The notes beneath the pieces were generated by a model that saw nothing but the letters and a program-made list of their open reading frames with translations, was not told where the DNA came from and searched no databases. Made by a program: the position numbers and the translations under genes. A DNA stretch of 60,762 nt, the filler included, from Perkinsus olseni (taxonomy: Eukaryota), in assembly GCA_013115125.1 (NCBI GenBank). It is 3 parts of 3 records of this genome, joined end to end, with 100 filler letters (N's around TTAATTAATTAA, not from the genome) between each part and the next. Parts side by side here need not be neighbours in the genome. Positions count along the whole stretch, not along the records: positions 20,337 to 40,518 come from JABANN010000583.1; positions 40,619 to 60,762 come from JABANN010000584.1; 1 more part is not named here. One strand, given 5' to 3'. Positions 35,501 to 48,769 of the stretch are shown here, piece by piece. Every line of letters begins with the position of its first letter. The stretch's first letter is position 1.

Positions 35501-38500
35501 CCAGCTTGCTGAGGAGGGATTTGTTGTTGTGAGTTTGGCGTTGGTTTTTATGCTACTTTTCCATTATTAACTGATTCGAGTGGCCAGGGGCTCTGCCTTA
35601 CTTTAGGAGTATCTTTTCAACTTGGCGAGCTTCAAGTGCCGCAGTGAAGAGGCTGGTGATCACCATCACGAGGATGATGCGTTCTAGATGTCACCTGGCG
35701 GTTATAAAGTGGAAATTGTAAGAGAAATGCCTTTAGTGGGATTCGAACCTGCGTCTTCAGGCGGACATGTACGGAGAGGATCATGGTCCGAATTGCGGAA
35801 GGGCTGACGCCAAAGCGATGTAGCCTGGAGATCGTCTTCAACGAATGGAGAAAGTGAGAAGTGGAAATTATGAAATTTACTCGGGTAAATTTCCCAGCCA
35901 CCCTCGGCCTCTTTTTTCCCTCGAAAAATTTCGCGAACTTGTGAAAAAAACGGAATATCTGCGGGAAAAGCCGAAATCTGAGTTGGACTGAAATTTTTCG
36001 TAATTTTTCTGTATTTCCCGATGGTTGTTTATCGTCTTTAAGGTGGTACGAGCGGCGTTCGGCTGCTTCGATTCGGAGGTCGGCCGTATCTTCTCTGTGC
36101 GCGCATCGGGAAGAATTGGCGGGGAGACAGGTTGGCTTGTGTGCCAATTTCATGGCGCATTTTTTATGGGCAGATATTACGGGAGTGGCGATCGCTGTGT
36201 GTGAGACTTGTCTTGCTACGAAAGCTGGCGGAGGTGGGTAATTTCGTGGCGCAGCGGTCAGCGAACGTATGATTCAGGTGGGAGGCTATCGACACCGTTC
36301 AGCGTATCTTCGGCGAGCGTTTAATGTGTTGAAGTGGGGAGGGCTCAGGTGAGCTGGTGTGACGTCTTGGCTCTGATGGTGGAGAGTCCCGCCGGCGGCG
36401 GTTTTGGTGGAAAGTTGGTATTACAGCAGAAAAAATTTACTTATGACGAGAAATAATTATTGCCCTTCCTTCTTCTACGGCTTTGTCTGATGGTGCGCTC
36501 GGAAGCTTTCCGGGGCTCTTGACGCGCTTGGATGGTCTGTCTCTCTTTCGAGTAGAAGTCCGGGTTGATCAGGACGTGGAGACGAGGCCTGACGCTCTTC
36601 GAAGGGGCGATGAGGTCGGCCCTGCAGCGCCGTGGACGCAAGATCCTCTCCATGTTGTTGCGGCATTCTGTAAAGGAGAATATAGAGTGAGTGAAGGTTT
36701 GAGGTCCCGGGTTCGAACCCTGGAGGAGACGTTTTTTGTGTATTATTGAGTGAATTGTCACTTAGCAAGACAACCACTCGTCCCTTCACGGTATTATCGT
36801 TTAGCGTCTTTGAAATGATGTCGCATCTTTAATTTCGTGGCGCGCGACGAAAGCCCAACATGGGTCTATCTGTATTTCAGGCAAAGGAACCTCGGCTTCC
36901 TCGAAAGTTTCCGCCGATCGTCTTTAAGAAATACCGTCCGACTGGCTCTCTTGAGATGGAGGAAGGTGGGCCAATTAGAGAGAGCCTCTCCTTTGGGCCA
37001 TCTTCCCGCGAGAAGCGGCCATGAAGTGGTATCTGTTTTCACCAATAATCCCGCGCGTGGAAAGATTCTATCAATTGCTCGTTTCATACTAACGTGAGTC
37101 GTTGAGGACGCATAATGAGCTTTGAGCTATCTTGCAATCTTGCAAAACCCTAACGTTGTAGGAAGTCGTGGATACTCATGAACGGCTGCGGAAGTTGGAA
37201 ATGATTTTCGTTGAGCTGACGGTTGGAGGAAGGAGATGTTTCAGCGCCTGGAGAGACTATTCTCGAGAACGGAGGAGAAAAGTGAGAAATGCTCCTGCTG
37301 GGAATTGAACCTGCGCGGGTTTATCGTCCGTTGTTTTAGACGAGGGTGTTGGACCAAATCTCCCGGCAGGTGGATGTGAAGGCGAGGAAGGAGGTGAGAT
37401 GCTCGCAAACCGCCGAACTGGGTAGCTGAAAGTACTCGAGATCAATAGAGAAATATCATTGACGTAATTATATATTAATAATAGTATGATAGTAATAGGC
37501 ATATAGAAGATACTGAGAATCTGTGCGGGAACTTTGCGGTGCGGTCGATGCGCGAATCTTTTCCTCGCCGTGGTGGTTTGAAAGGCACTCGTTGTTCGTC
37601 TTTGGCGATAGAGTTGGGCAATTTCGGGAAGGAGATCGTATAGAGCGACAGAAGTACGGAATGCAAACCTGAATCACTTGTAAGATAACAATTTACACGA
37701 TAAGTATAATGGCAATACTATCCAATCTTGTCAAGAGACCGATGCGAAGATAGGGGTCAAAAACGAGGTGTGGTATCGATCGGTGGGGAAGTATCATTAT
37801 TATTATCATTCTCTCTCTTAATACGTGAGCATGCTGCTTAGATAGAAAACTGCTATGAACCCGATACGGTTCTCTTGCGAGCAGATCTTTCCTTCTGCCA
37901 GTTACTAGCATCAACCTACAGATGCTTAATTTCGTGGCGCGCGACATCTTATCGTGCATCATCCATGCGGAGGCAATCGCAATTATGGTAGCCCCAACTA
38001 CCTGCTCTTCGTCCAGTCGTTATCCTCAGCGCGGCGTCTTCTAGACGGAAAGCAACTCACCGAGCGTTGAGGGGGTGGGTGGTTGCAGCGAGAGAAGTCA
38101 GGTTACACCAGATGGCTGTGGAAAAGGAAAGAGAAGACCGATCGCGGCGATGTGTAAGGACCTTGCAGGCCTTCATTCGTTCACTCCTGCGAGTACGCTT
38201 TTTCGTGCATTCCTTGCATGTCTGTTTGCAATGAGATCTCACATGTAGATTGGTCTTGGTGCCATGGCGGGGCGCGGTTAGAATTCCTTGCACCTCGCAG
38301 TCTTGTCAATTCTATCGCGAATTTGTGGATTTGCTCCGCTCATCGTTGGCTGTCGACTGACGAGAATACTCATGACGGCGTCGGGCGTGCTTGGGCTTGC
38401 CTGTCTCTGTGTCGCTCGCATTTTCGTTCACGCTGTCTACGCATCACGACGGAATTGAGCCGCGTAGGGCTGCTGAGTCGTGGTGGGAGGAATGGCTGTC

Positions 38501-40336
38501 CATTTGAGGAGGGAGGCAGTACGATCGAGTAAGGTGTACAGGGATCCTCAGTTGGCCAACTGGTATGAATTGTCGAGGAGAAACTGCTCTATACGTCAGC
38601 AGGCAGAGCAAACCGTAGGTCTTTTGGAAGCTGTGATGCTTAACATGGCGCAGGTTCGATCCCGGCTATGTGCATTTTTCTATCTATGGCGATACTCGAT
38701 GCGTACCTCAGTGGAAGAGAAACTGGCGAGGATACTAGCAGCTATCTCCCTGCTTCAACCCATGGTATAGCTACTGCCCTGTTCTGTCTCATACTGCTCG
38801 CCGGACCCCTTGATAAGACGGAACAAACCTTCGAACTCGGGACCACTTCCATGGTCACTGGCAGGGTCGAAATCGTAGTGCTGTAACTAATGATCCTCAA
38901 CACAATTGAGTGTCGTTAAGGTTGAGCAAGCATCCCTGTAATGGATAGTAGGAGTATTGTGGCATACTAGCTTTACTGTGACACTGGTAGGGCGTGCAAA
39001 CGACAGCCCCCAGCGCCGATGAGTTGATGAGTGACGGGTGGACTTCCTAGGCACTGAGTGACGGGGAAAGATTCATCTCTAGCGTTGAGAAGACATACTC
39101 TCGAGTACCATTCGGAATTTGATTCGATTTCCGAGTCGGAAGTAGAGAGGACGGAGCGAGGTGATGGTAGGAGGATTGGCTGAGTATGAGCGGCAATGAG
39201 ATCGGGAAGTCTCGTAGACGGGCGTTCATCGATGCCTTCTATGAGGTACTGTAGGTAGCAGACACTCTTTCCATCGCCCCAGGTCCACGGTCAATTGAAG
39301 GCTGGTATGTCGAGCCTTCGAGGTTGCCATCAACGTAACGTGCATTCGCGTATGAGGCTGCTGCTGCTGATGCTGATGCTGTCAACGCTGTCTTTCCTGA
39401 GCCGGAGGGCCATCAAGAGGGAGTTCTTCCGCCGTGGGAACAGATATGACTAAATGCGCAAACGTGAATCGCTTCGCTCCGCCGATCAGAGTGGTGCTGG
39501 TCGACACTCGACCAGAAGAAGCGTAACCTTCGCATTGCGCAGTCGGAAGATACTCTCGTAGTTTGGCGAGTACTTCTTATGTGGAGGATGCTGGTGGGCC
39601 CTCGCCCATTGCCACTTGAGAGTATCCGAGGTTGACTCAGGCATGGCGCAGAATGCTCGGATGCAGAGGGCTCGAGGGTGCTCTGGTGAAGTGCAGAAGA
39701 AGGAGGCTTATGATTGCTGTGTACGCTCGCTCTACCGAATAGGTCTATGGTGAACTTTTATGCTACTTTCCTGACGTTAATCGATTCTCGCCCCTCGCGT
39801 TGAATCATACAGCTGTTCGCGCTTTTGTGTGTGGCCCAATTGGCCTTCGCTTTACCCATCATTTGCATGACTCAACCTAAGATACTATGTGGAACTAATG
39901 CAGTTCATCGAGCATGCTTTTCCTTGACTCGTTTGCGAAGATGAACCCCTTTCTCCCCAGGTACCAGTGGTTACTGAGGCTTCGGCTCATCGCTCGAGCT
40001 AATCGCAGCCGACAAAATCTCGACAGGGTCCTCCAGCACCGAGAACAGACTCTTAGTCGAGTCGTACTGCTCCGATGGTCTCGCTGTAAGGGCCACATAT
40101 TCTGCTGCAACCCATCTTCAACCTAAGATTCACTCAAGATGCGCACGGTCACGGAAGGGATTGCGGATACTCTGCACAAACGACTCCTGAGGCCTTGCCT
40201 GCTGGCCGCTTTCCGCGTGCTTGCCGCGAGCAGCATGGTCGACTCTCACCTAGCGAGGTCGACCGTCCAGAAGGCCCTGGCTGTCGGACACAAGACAACC
40301 CTGAGGTGGGACCTGCGTTTGAGTAGGTCAGTGTGA
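29517..40336 (+). CDS. Large Sfi1-like (centrin-binding repeat) protein, many exons; boundaries approximate
   Basis: Repeated Arg/Leu-rich helices with periodic (F/L)xxW+ : FLRWRLWTASRRDAKHRLAAKHAFAVLRRRSAFDRWRLWRRH, RCVISWRATVAARRK, QSAFVQWRRCL, RILWQWSSW, RLALLRWRK, SRVVLLRWSR, HKTTLRW. Confidence 0.65.
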
Positions 40337-40447
40337 GAGCACTTCATCCTTGCGTGTATTCCCACTGAGAGTCGGAAAGGTGTAAGGCAATTTCGAGCTT
40401 CCGGATGCTTCTTAATCGGATAAGTTCGTCGGTACCACTGCGCGACT

Positions 40448-40518
<71 letters not shown>
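40448..40518 (+). repeat. (ATC)n microsatellite, at least 23 units, running into the gap
   Basis: Directly visible perfect trinucleotide run. Confidence 0.97.
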
Positions 40519-40618
40519 NNNNNNNNNNNNNNNNNNNNNNNNNNNNNNNNNNNNNNNNNNNNTTAATTAATTAANNNNNNNNNNNNNNNNNNNNNNNNNN
40601 NNNNNNNNNNNNNNNNNN
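40519..40618. other. Assembly gap with TTAATTAATTAA linker
   Basis: N-run with linker at 40563-40574. Confidence 0.98.
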
Positions 40619-40817
40619 GGACTTCAACAGCCTGTAAGATGAGCCTGTCGATGTCAATAGCGGAAGTGGAAGTGGGAGGCATTGGTGGTGGGAGTCCTAC
40701 CTGACTACAGTCGGATGATAACTCAAGACGACTTGTGTGAAAGGAACCGAAGACAGAGAGGAAAGCAGGAGGAGGAGCAGCACAGCTCTGAGGGGCACTC
40801 TAAACTGTTATTGAGTA
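40619..40817 (+). repeat. Interspersed repeat end, copy 1; inverted copy at 60564..60762
   Basis: 199 bp, about 8 mismatches to the reverse complement of 60564..60762. Similarity stops at ...CTCTAAACTGTTATTGAGTA. Confidence 0.92.
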
Positions 40818-40891
40818 TAATAGTATTTACATTTTCTAATAGTTCTAATCATTTTCTACAGTGGCGGTAGGTGTTATCATCATCACCGACA

Positions 40892-41926
40892 TCATAGCTG
40901 TCCAACAACAGCAGTCTCCTCCTCAGTGTCCATCGGACAGGGGGCCTCTCCCAAAGGCCCACAGGCAGCGGCGGCCAATGCCGGTTTGAAGATTGGCGAA
41001 GGAATGGTAGGAATTGAGAACAGCTCATCGATATCGCAACTCGCCGTCGAATGCGCTGCAAAGGCCGCGCTAACAGCATCAGCAGCGCTGGGCGTAGTCA
41101 CAGGCGACCCCGATGCTGCTGCCGTCGTAGAGTCCACCAAAGCCTCACTACTACCGAACAGTGGACTTTGAGAAGCCGACGATGAGGGTGTTGTCGGAGT
41201 GGTGAGCGGGGAGCCGCTGCTGCTGCCTGCCGCTGTCGTGCTGTCCTGAATCGCTGGTATCGACGTTCCCGCATTAGATGCGGTCTCCTGACTGCCATCC
41301 TCAGCAGTCTCTGCTGCCGCTGCTTCGCTGGCCTTCAGCGTCGAAGCTATGTAGGTAAGGGCAGCCAACTCCACTGAGTCGATGCAACCTGTCAAGACAA
41401 TACACCAACAGCAACAACTGACGCAAAATGTGTTGCACCTTACTCGGAACAGGAACATAGGACTCCAAACGAGCGGCCCTGATCTCGCTTTCAGTGGCCT
41501 CTGGCGTCGGGCTCGGCATAGCCTTGCCGTCCATGCCACTACCATACGCGGAGCTGTTGGCGTAGTGGCGATGGCGATAACAGAATCCTAGGAGCCCTCG
41601 AGCAGCCACTTGGCAGCCTGGGTAATGGCACGGCCTGCCACCGCCATGACGAGTACAGAATCTACCAAAGACAGGGTCATAGCTACCACGGCAGGAGGGA
41701 GGGCTACCTCGCTCGGGCGGAGTCCGAAGATTTCCGAGGCACTCTACCGCAGCCTGGGACCTCGCAGGTGTTGCGGGAACCTGTATCACGATGACGCTTC
41801 CCTAGGCTACAGGACAATGTTGTTGTTGTTACTGTGCTTTCCGCTGCTACTGTTGTTACTGCCACTGTGGCTTGATACGACTGATGATGACCCTGCCAGG
41901 CCGGGGGGTGTTGGGTATTTACACAT
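40892..41926 (-). CDS. Protein with a CxxHGGG (WRKY19-like) zinc-finger unit and Ser/Ala/Thr-rich tail
   Basis: FCTRHGGGRPCHYPGCQVAARGLLGFCYRH in ORF 41301..41789. Low-complexity C-terminal exon in ORF 40892..41545. Candidate ATG at 41926. Confidence 0.7.
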
Positions 41927-42213
41927 GAGAAATAATAAGAAGAGTGGGAAGAATCTGAAAACAGAAAACCGCCGCCATAGCTATGACATTCGCCACGTAT
42001 CTTAGGTTCAAACTCGTACTACGCAGGTTAACCTACGCAAGGTCGGCAGAGGGCAAAGATTCACAATTAAATGAAACTTGAATAACTCAATCACAGCCAT
42101 CGAGATGCGCAGGTCATCGCCACACTGCATCGTCGGAAAGGGGACAATTCGAGCGTCACGCGCCACGAAATATAGCGCTCGCCCGGAATAGTGGTACCCG
42201 CTTCGGGATAGTT

Positions 42214-44466
42214 CTACTTGTGCCAGAAGCTTCTTCGACCCGTCCGAGTAGCTCGCCTTCGACGTTTGAGGATCTCTGCCTGAAGACCAGTCGCATGCGG
42301 ACAGCGGGCGAGCAGGGCAGCCTACCACAGCCACCATGGCGTTACGCGAGGTCGAAAGATTCGGGCAGAGGGCCTCCAAGAAGATTAAAGATTCTCGAAC
42401 GGCTGGGTTAGCAAGCCAATACAGGTCCCCAGGGGGGTAGGTGTACCTGGGGGTGGGGTCAGGTTGAGGGGGCAGTGATGGAGGCCTGCCATCACCAGCA
42501 TCTCAGGGCCCGACCAGCAGCACGGTAACCTTCTATGGTATCCTTTGGGATGGTCTTGAGGTATCTATACAGATTCTCCACGTCATCTTGCGGCCATTTG
42601 ATAGTGGCCTGTGTGACGTCGAAGAGCTGCTCAAAGGGCAACTCGAGGAAGTCGCTGAGAATAATGGGTATGCATTCCGCCCAGAGGATCTCATACAGTC
42701 GGACGGTCCAAGCTACCCTCCCTCGAGGGACCAGACAGAAGACCGAGTTGCCCAGCAATCTTGCCATGTCATCCTGGCCGAGTAGATCCCTCATGGATTC
42801 TTCCACCAAAATAACAGTGTCATTGTGCGCCGAAAACGCTTCCTTCATTCTCCTCCGCGCCGTATAAGCCTCGCGGATGTCCGACCAAGCCTTGCCCGCA
42901 AAGGAGGCGAAGATTTCCCTCTCATGCAGGCCCCTAGCCGCCGTCGCGAAGGGCACGATGCGACTAGGTTCGAGAAGCGGCGGTATGGCGATGTCCTTGT
43001 GAGAGTTGAAGGCGTTTTGACGCTCTTCCGGTGGGAAATCTTGGACGGAGCGCTCCCACGCGATCTCAGTTTCCGGGGTGAAAATCGGGCTGTCCGGAAT
43101 CTTCTCGCGGAAGCCCTGGAAGTAGTCGGCGAAGTAGATCGGGAAGAGGTGGTCACGACCAGAGGTGCGATTGAAGTATCTTTGCGCACAGGAAAGATTT
43201 TGGATCGTTTCCGCTGTGGTGAGGTCGGTACGGAAGGGTAGCCACGGCGTCCTCGTAAGCCTCGGTCGTTCGATTCTGACAGTCGTCAGGCAACCTCATG
43301 TAGTAGTGGCATGCGGGCCATCCGGGAACCTGATGCCACCCAGGTTCGAATCTCACGACCGGCAGATTGTTACCAAAAAATAGTCCGCCTGTTGCGGGTC
43401 TAAAGTGGAGTAACCAGAGGTCGTGAAGAAGTCGTGTAGGGCAACCTAGAGAATCTTATCTATCCGTGAAGTCCCATGGTCGACCTACGTCCATCCCCCA
43501 TTGATTATGGCGGCAGAATTCAGCACCACTGGTGAGCCAATCGAGGCCCTCGGAGCCCTCGGAGTACACGAAAACTTTCACGCCGTTCGACTGAACATGC
43601 CATCATCATCGCCGCTTGTGCAACCAGCACTCTCACTCGAGCAGGGATGAGGACCTCGGACGGGAAAGGCTCCCAAGAGGGCTGCGCTATCGGTCGGAGG
43701 CCCTCCTCGACGGGCTCTCGCCGGCGACTCCCAAAGTCGCTCATCTGTGGTGAACCATGAGCGAGCATGGCTGAGCCTTCTGACTTGCCTGCTGCTCAAG
43801 ATGCCCTAGCAACAGCGCTTCGGCCGGGGTCGAAGGGTCCGCTATTCGGTCACGGGACGCCCTTATCGACAGCAACACCGAGCGACGCAAGGCCTTGAAG
43901 CTACTCTCCGTGATACCCCATTCTGGCTTGTCGAAAACGGTATAGTAACTACCCACCATCCGTGTGCAACCCCAGGAGGATGAGTGACGCTTACGCGTTG
44001 CCAATCCCATTATCAACTAGCTCATTCACGTACATATCTACCACTCGCCCAGCGCTGTAGCTGGGGTCCTCAAGAGCCACCAGTAACCGGTAATAGGTGT
44101 TAGCAACGGCCCCGAGGAAGCAGGGGTACCTGCGTATTGGGGTACGACCGATTCTGTTGTAAGGGGCTCACTCATGGTGAGCCAGCAAGCTCTTCCCCCT
44201 GCTCGACAACGCTTCGTAAAAGCGCATCGACTCAGTGGTCTTGTTGGTGGAAGAGATGGTCGGGTCGGACAGCACCGCCCTGACCACCGGTGGGCTGCTG
44301 TCAAGGCCTCGGCGAGCGGGTGATGGGCATACCTATGCTGGGACCACTCAGGGGACCCTTCGCAGAGAGGGTCTTCAAACATCCGATCGAATATGGCAGC
44401 TTGTCCAACGGCAACCTGGGGTCTTACGATTAGGTGAAGGAGTGGTACGGCAAGCCATAGCAGCAT
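42214..44466 (-). CDS. Exostosin family (GT47) glycosyltransferase, multi-exon
   Basis: Signal/anchor MLLWLAVPLLHLIV. Motifs TLDPQQADYF, YFNRTSGRDHLF, KDIAIPP, and NSVFCLVPRGRVAWTVRLYEILWAECIPIILSDFLELPFEQ. Confidence 0.9.
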
Positions 44467-44821
44467 GACAGTGATGCATTAAAGGCGACTGATCACTAGG
44501 CATACCCACCCCTAGTATGTCGATGAGACCCATCCAGTGCGGAGGGCTTAATCAGCCAGTCTGAAGAACCGGGAAGACTGTACGCCAGTGGCCAAGCCCG
44601 AGGCTAAGGCAGCGATCAACGATCCACTCCACAGAAAGTTAGAAAATCCATTCCGAAACGCCTCTTGTGTTCGACTCAAGTTTATTAGAATCTGATTTCT
44701 CTTCGATCAACCTAGGTCGCCTAGGCTGGCATGCCGCGGTGTTGATGCATCCCCATCAGTTTACTCTGAGTGGTCGGGTGCCGTGTTGTGAATCTGGTAA
44801 AGTTTTACTGCCACTGCAGCT

Positions 44822-45994
44822 GTGACGAACCATGCTCCTCTCCCCCTTCCCATGACCCGCCTCGACCATGACACGACAGCCGTCCCCCACGACTATGATA
44901 CCGTCAACGGTCTCCATCTGCCCCCAGGCCACACTGTGGATCTGCCAACACCACCACTCGAGCTCCCCCTGCTCCACCATCCTGTACGCTACGACCCAAC
45001 CCCCGGTGAAATACAACAGGGGCAAGGCGATGGCTGCTCGTTCGCTGCTGCCGCCATCGCCCTTCAGTACCTCTCTCTACGGCACGACCGCTGTGCCCTT
45101 ATAAGATGCCATTGGTGCGGTACGGACGACAGGGCGGTGGTCCAGGAGTGGTTCGTGAACGGCAGTTGGAGGCGAATGCGAGTGGTCGTCTCCAGTGGTG
45201 TTTTTGATGCCAACAACAACCGTCTGGATTGTTCGATCGACCCGACTGGAGCCTCCTGCTGGGCCACAGCGGCCGAGCGTGTCCACATGTTCCTCGGCCA
45301 CGCCACCAGACCAGCAACCCTCAACGCCATCCTCGGACAGGTGAGCAACGCCGCCTCAGTCCTGCACCATCTCACAGGCTGGCCCGCCGAGACCATCAAC
45401 GCTGCCAAGGTCGACGCGTCCATCCTACAGAAACTATCAGCGGCCCTCGCCGACGGGCGTTGCGTCGCCTGCGTAGGCACTACCCCCTACACTGGCCCGA
45501 CCCAAGACGGTCTCCTCCCCAACCACGCCTATGCTCTTCTTGCCTGCTGCCAGCTTCGAGCTAAGATATGCTTCCAACTGCAGAACCCCTGGAGTGACGC
45601 CACTTGCCATGCCAAGAACATAGCCAATACCTGCTGGATCGCCGGCGGTCACCCCCTTCTCTCACACATCCACGTCGCCTGGGACCTTGACCCGGACGAC
45701 GAGACCACCACCATCAACCCCACAGACCGGCAGACCCATCACTTGGTCGTGTCAAAAGATGGGCCAGTTGAGGTCTTCCTAACTCGGCACTACTGCAATC
45801 GCCGAGAGCTTGAAGACCAGTATCTCTCAATGACGCTAGGGTCGACCTCTACGACCTACACTGCAGCAGAGTGCTCAGCACTACGGGTGGGTTCAGCAGC
45901 AGGGACAGTACACCAACTGACGGTCCGCGGACACCCACAGAAGCAGCCTCTACACAGGTATTCTCTTCGCCTTCGGAACGCACGCTTAGCATGA
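44822..45994 (+). CDS. Calpain-family (peptidase C2) cysteine protease, calpain-7/PalB-like; start uncertain
   Basis: Catalytic triad contexts EIQQGQGDGCSF (Cys), NHAYAL (His), QLQNPW (Asn). Also LHHLTGWPAE and a C2-like tail VEVFLTRH. Confidence 0.85.
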   Translation: MTNHAPLPLPMTRLDHDTTAVPHDYDTVNGLHLPPGHTVDLPTPPLELPLLHHPVRYDPTPGEIQQGQGDGCSFAAAAIALQYLSLRHDRCALIRCHWCGTDDRAVVQEWFVNGSWRRMRVVVSSGVFDANNNRLDCSIDPTGASCWATAAERVHMFLGHATRPATLNAILGQVSNAASVLHHLTGWPAETINAAKVDASILQKLSAALADGRCVACVGTTPYTGPTQDGLLPNHAYALLACCQLRAKICFQLQNPWSDATCHAKNIANTCWIAGGHPLLSHIHVAWDLDPDDETTTINPTDRQTHHLVVSKDGPVEVFLTRHYCNRRELEDQYLSMTLGSTSTTYTAAECSALRVGSAAGTVHQLTVRGHPQKQPLHRYSLRLRNARLA

Positions 45995-46029
45995 TAGAAT
46001 TACTATTAACAAAGCAACTATTGCGTTTT

Positions 46030-48769
46030 TCAAGTGGCTGGAAACCTCGTCCGGAAACGCCCTCGTGTGAGGTAGGCCCATCCCAGCCCGAGGAGGAGGG
46101 CGGTAAAGTCACTGATGAGACCGGCGTATCGGTCGCTCGGCCACCCGCCGCGAGCTGACCACTCCTGTCGGAGGGCCTCCAGCTGGTCGTGTAGGGACGC
46201 CAGACCTAACCATCACACGCAGTGGTAAATCCACAACAACAGCTTCAGCGTACTAGCGTTGACTTCACTTCTGCTGGTGCCAGTAGTGGCGTAGAGCACT
46301 CCAATGGAACGTCCTTCATCCACCTCCCCTTCCTGAGCCGTCTCTAGCATGGACAGCTGCACCGCCGTCCGACTCATCAGCCTCCGCAGGTCCCTGTTGG
46401 AAAGCTGCTCGTACGGTCGAGGGGCTGTCGCGTCCTCATCGACAGTCTCCATCGATCGACTGCTGCCTAGCAGACGCCTGAAGTAGAGAGTCCTCGAGGG
46501 AGCCGCTGCTGGTATGGTCACCTTACCACGCCCGAGTAGCCAGACTGACCACCGCCGGCGCCAACAGCCACTGGCAAGGGATGGGAAGATTGGGCAAGCA
46601 GGCCCACATAGAGAACGGTCGAAGGATGCTCAGATAGCCGACCCCGAAGAAAACAGCAGGGGAAGAGCCGAGCAAGGAGAGGTCCGTGCAGCTCAGTCGA
46701 AGACCGACTAAGTTGCTAACAGCAGTAGCAGCCGTCACGGCGCCGAGGAACCTGACCGGACCTGGGAGGAGGATTATGTCGCGCGCCACGAAATTGCAGC
46801 ACATCCCCACTACCGTGAAGTCTCTCTATGATAGCCCCACTGGTAAGCAGGAGGCCGGCACTGGCGAGGCGGGACGACCCCGAGCTGTCTCCTTCCGGAT
46901 GCAGCAGCGAACACGTCAGCAGAGAGATGATCTGAAGGGAAGGTACGCCCCTCACCGGGAGGACGACAGCCCTACACCGGTGACAGGTGCCCTCAAGTCC
47001 TCCCTCTCCACAGCCATCCAATCAACGTAATCAACAGCTTCCTCAGACCCTTCCCTAGTCCATTCCACCAGGCCAGTGGAGTCGCCATCCGGGCGTCGTC
47101 GATCCGTGATGGCAGACAACTAAGCAGTGCTCATGAAGCGTCGACTCAGCCGTGGGGCCTCGGGCTCACCTCAGTCGACACACCAAGGGCGGCTAACAGT
47201 ATCGCTATCGAACCTAGAGGGAAGACCCTCCACCTGCTGTTGCCAGCCGACGGGTAGACGAAAAGTCCCCTGCCAGGCAGCATCAGCGGACGACTTTGAT
47301 CTGGGTCGTTACATCTCCTGAGCTCTTGCGTCTGTTTCCGCAAGCGTCTGCTGGACCCAAGGCTGAGCCTCAAACTTGCTCTCTTGCATTTCCTCAACGC
47401 TGCTGCTGCCGCTGCCCACTTCTCGCTTGGGGGATGCAGAGTCCAGTGACCGCCTTCTCTGCAACTCCTCCAGCCATTTCGGGTCGACCTGCCAATGGAC
47501 GTTGAAACTGAATGTCAGCAATACTCATTGTTGGGACACTCTATAACATTGGAGAGAGAATGATAAGTCACCAGCCACCCCCGAATCCAGGGTCGACGAG
47601 TGGTCAGGACCAACCGTCGTGTCAGTAAACGAAGTTCGTAATTTTCTCCTTTCCCATCAGAAGAAATTCAGCGAACAAAAGTTTAAAGACGGGGGACTTC
47701 GGGCAACGAGTGGAGCACTCGTTCAACCCAGACAGGCCAGCGTTGGTCAGAGATCATCAGAATATATTCGACAGTCAGGTTTCACCGGAGGCACTGCCTC
47801 CTGCTATCGCCCCTCCGACAAACAAATCCTCGGACACTCTAGGTGTCTCCTGATGCCCTCGAGCTCCAGCTTGCATCCGCCTGGATCATGCAACCTTTCG
47901 GATCGACCTCCTTCGAGAGAGGCCGTATCCGGGAACGGTGAGCGCAATAACGCTCCTCCACAGAAGCCGCCCTCGCCAGACTGCGAAAGAACATGATGTG
48001 GACGTCCGTAGGAGTCCGGCGAGTCTGTTCGAAACGGCCGCCTCTGTGACTGGGACCCTCATCTGGAGGACGAATGGAGACAGCGAGCGCTGATTCGCAC
48101 ATCCACAAACTTGCTTCTCGCGGTAGCCACGGCTCATTCAGCTGATGCCATGCTCGGCTAGCTTCCCCCTTAAGCGTCGATGAGCTCGGCGACATAGCTT
48201 TCCATGTTGGCCTCAGCTCCGAGTCCTCGACCAAGTCGGTCAAGCAAACAATCGACATGAAGATAACGTCCAGGGACAACTACAATGCTCCCACTTGATT
48301 TGGACCGAGCTGGTCGAGTGGAGGATGCATTTCCCATAACAACTGTACTGCACGAAATTATCTCGACCGCAGGTTGACGATAGTTTACATGTGCTGTGAG
48401 GGTTACAACTGGCAAACTCGGCAGTAACAGACTTGCCGTGAACCTTCTTCAACCCGTTCCGATGCGAGTCGGATCATCCGACGAGCATGAGACTGTGGAC
48501 CACCTCAGGGCCCCCGTTGTCCCCCCGCATGCTACCTGTCCAAGTGCTTTCTCGTCACCTCCAGCCGCCTCCTTCCGTTGAGGTAGCGGGTCGAGTAGCT
48601 GCGCCCACGCTCCTTTGACGCCTCCACTCTCCCTGCTCGCTGCCGTCCGGGCGAACTGCTGCAGAACTCCCGTGAAAGTAGACGCAGATTTCAGCAGGAC
48701 GCGACTTGGCAAGAGGGGACCCATCGAGGATGGAAGAATTATCTCATCTACAATTAGTAACTCGACCAT
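46030..48769 (-). CDS. Hypothetical multi-exon low-complexity/coiled-coil protein; boundaries approximate
   Basis: Series of - strand ORF pieces with GT/AG ends: MVELLIVDEIILP..., KWLEELQRRRS...EEMQESKFEAQPW, YEQLSNRDLRRLMSRTAVQLSMLE. No family recognised. Confidence 0.5.

Noticed and set aside
40246-40518. Poly-Met ORF (also 60101..60349)
   Set aside because: Artefact of (ATC/GAT)n microsatellites.
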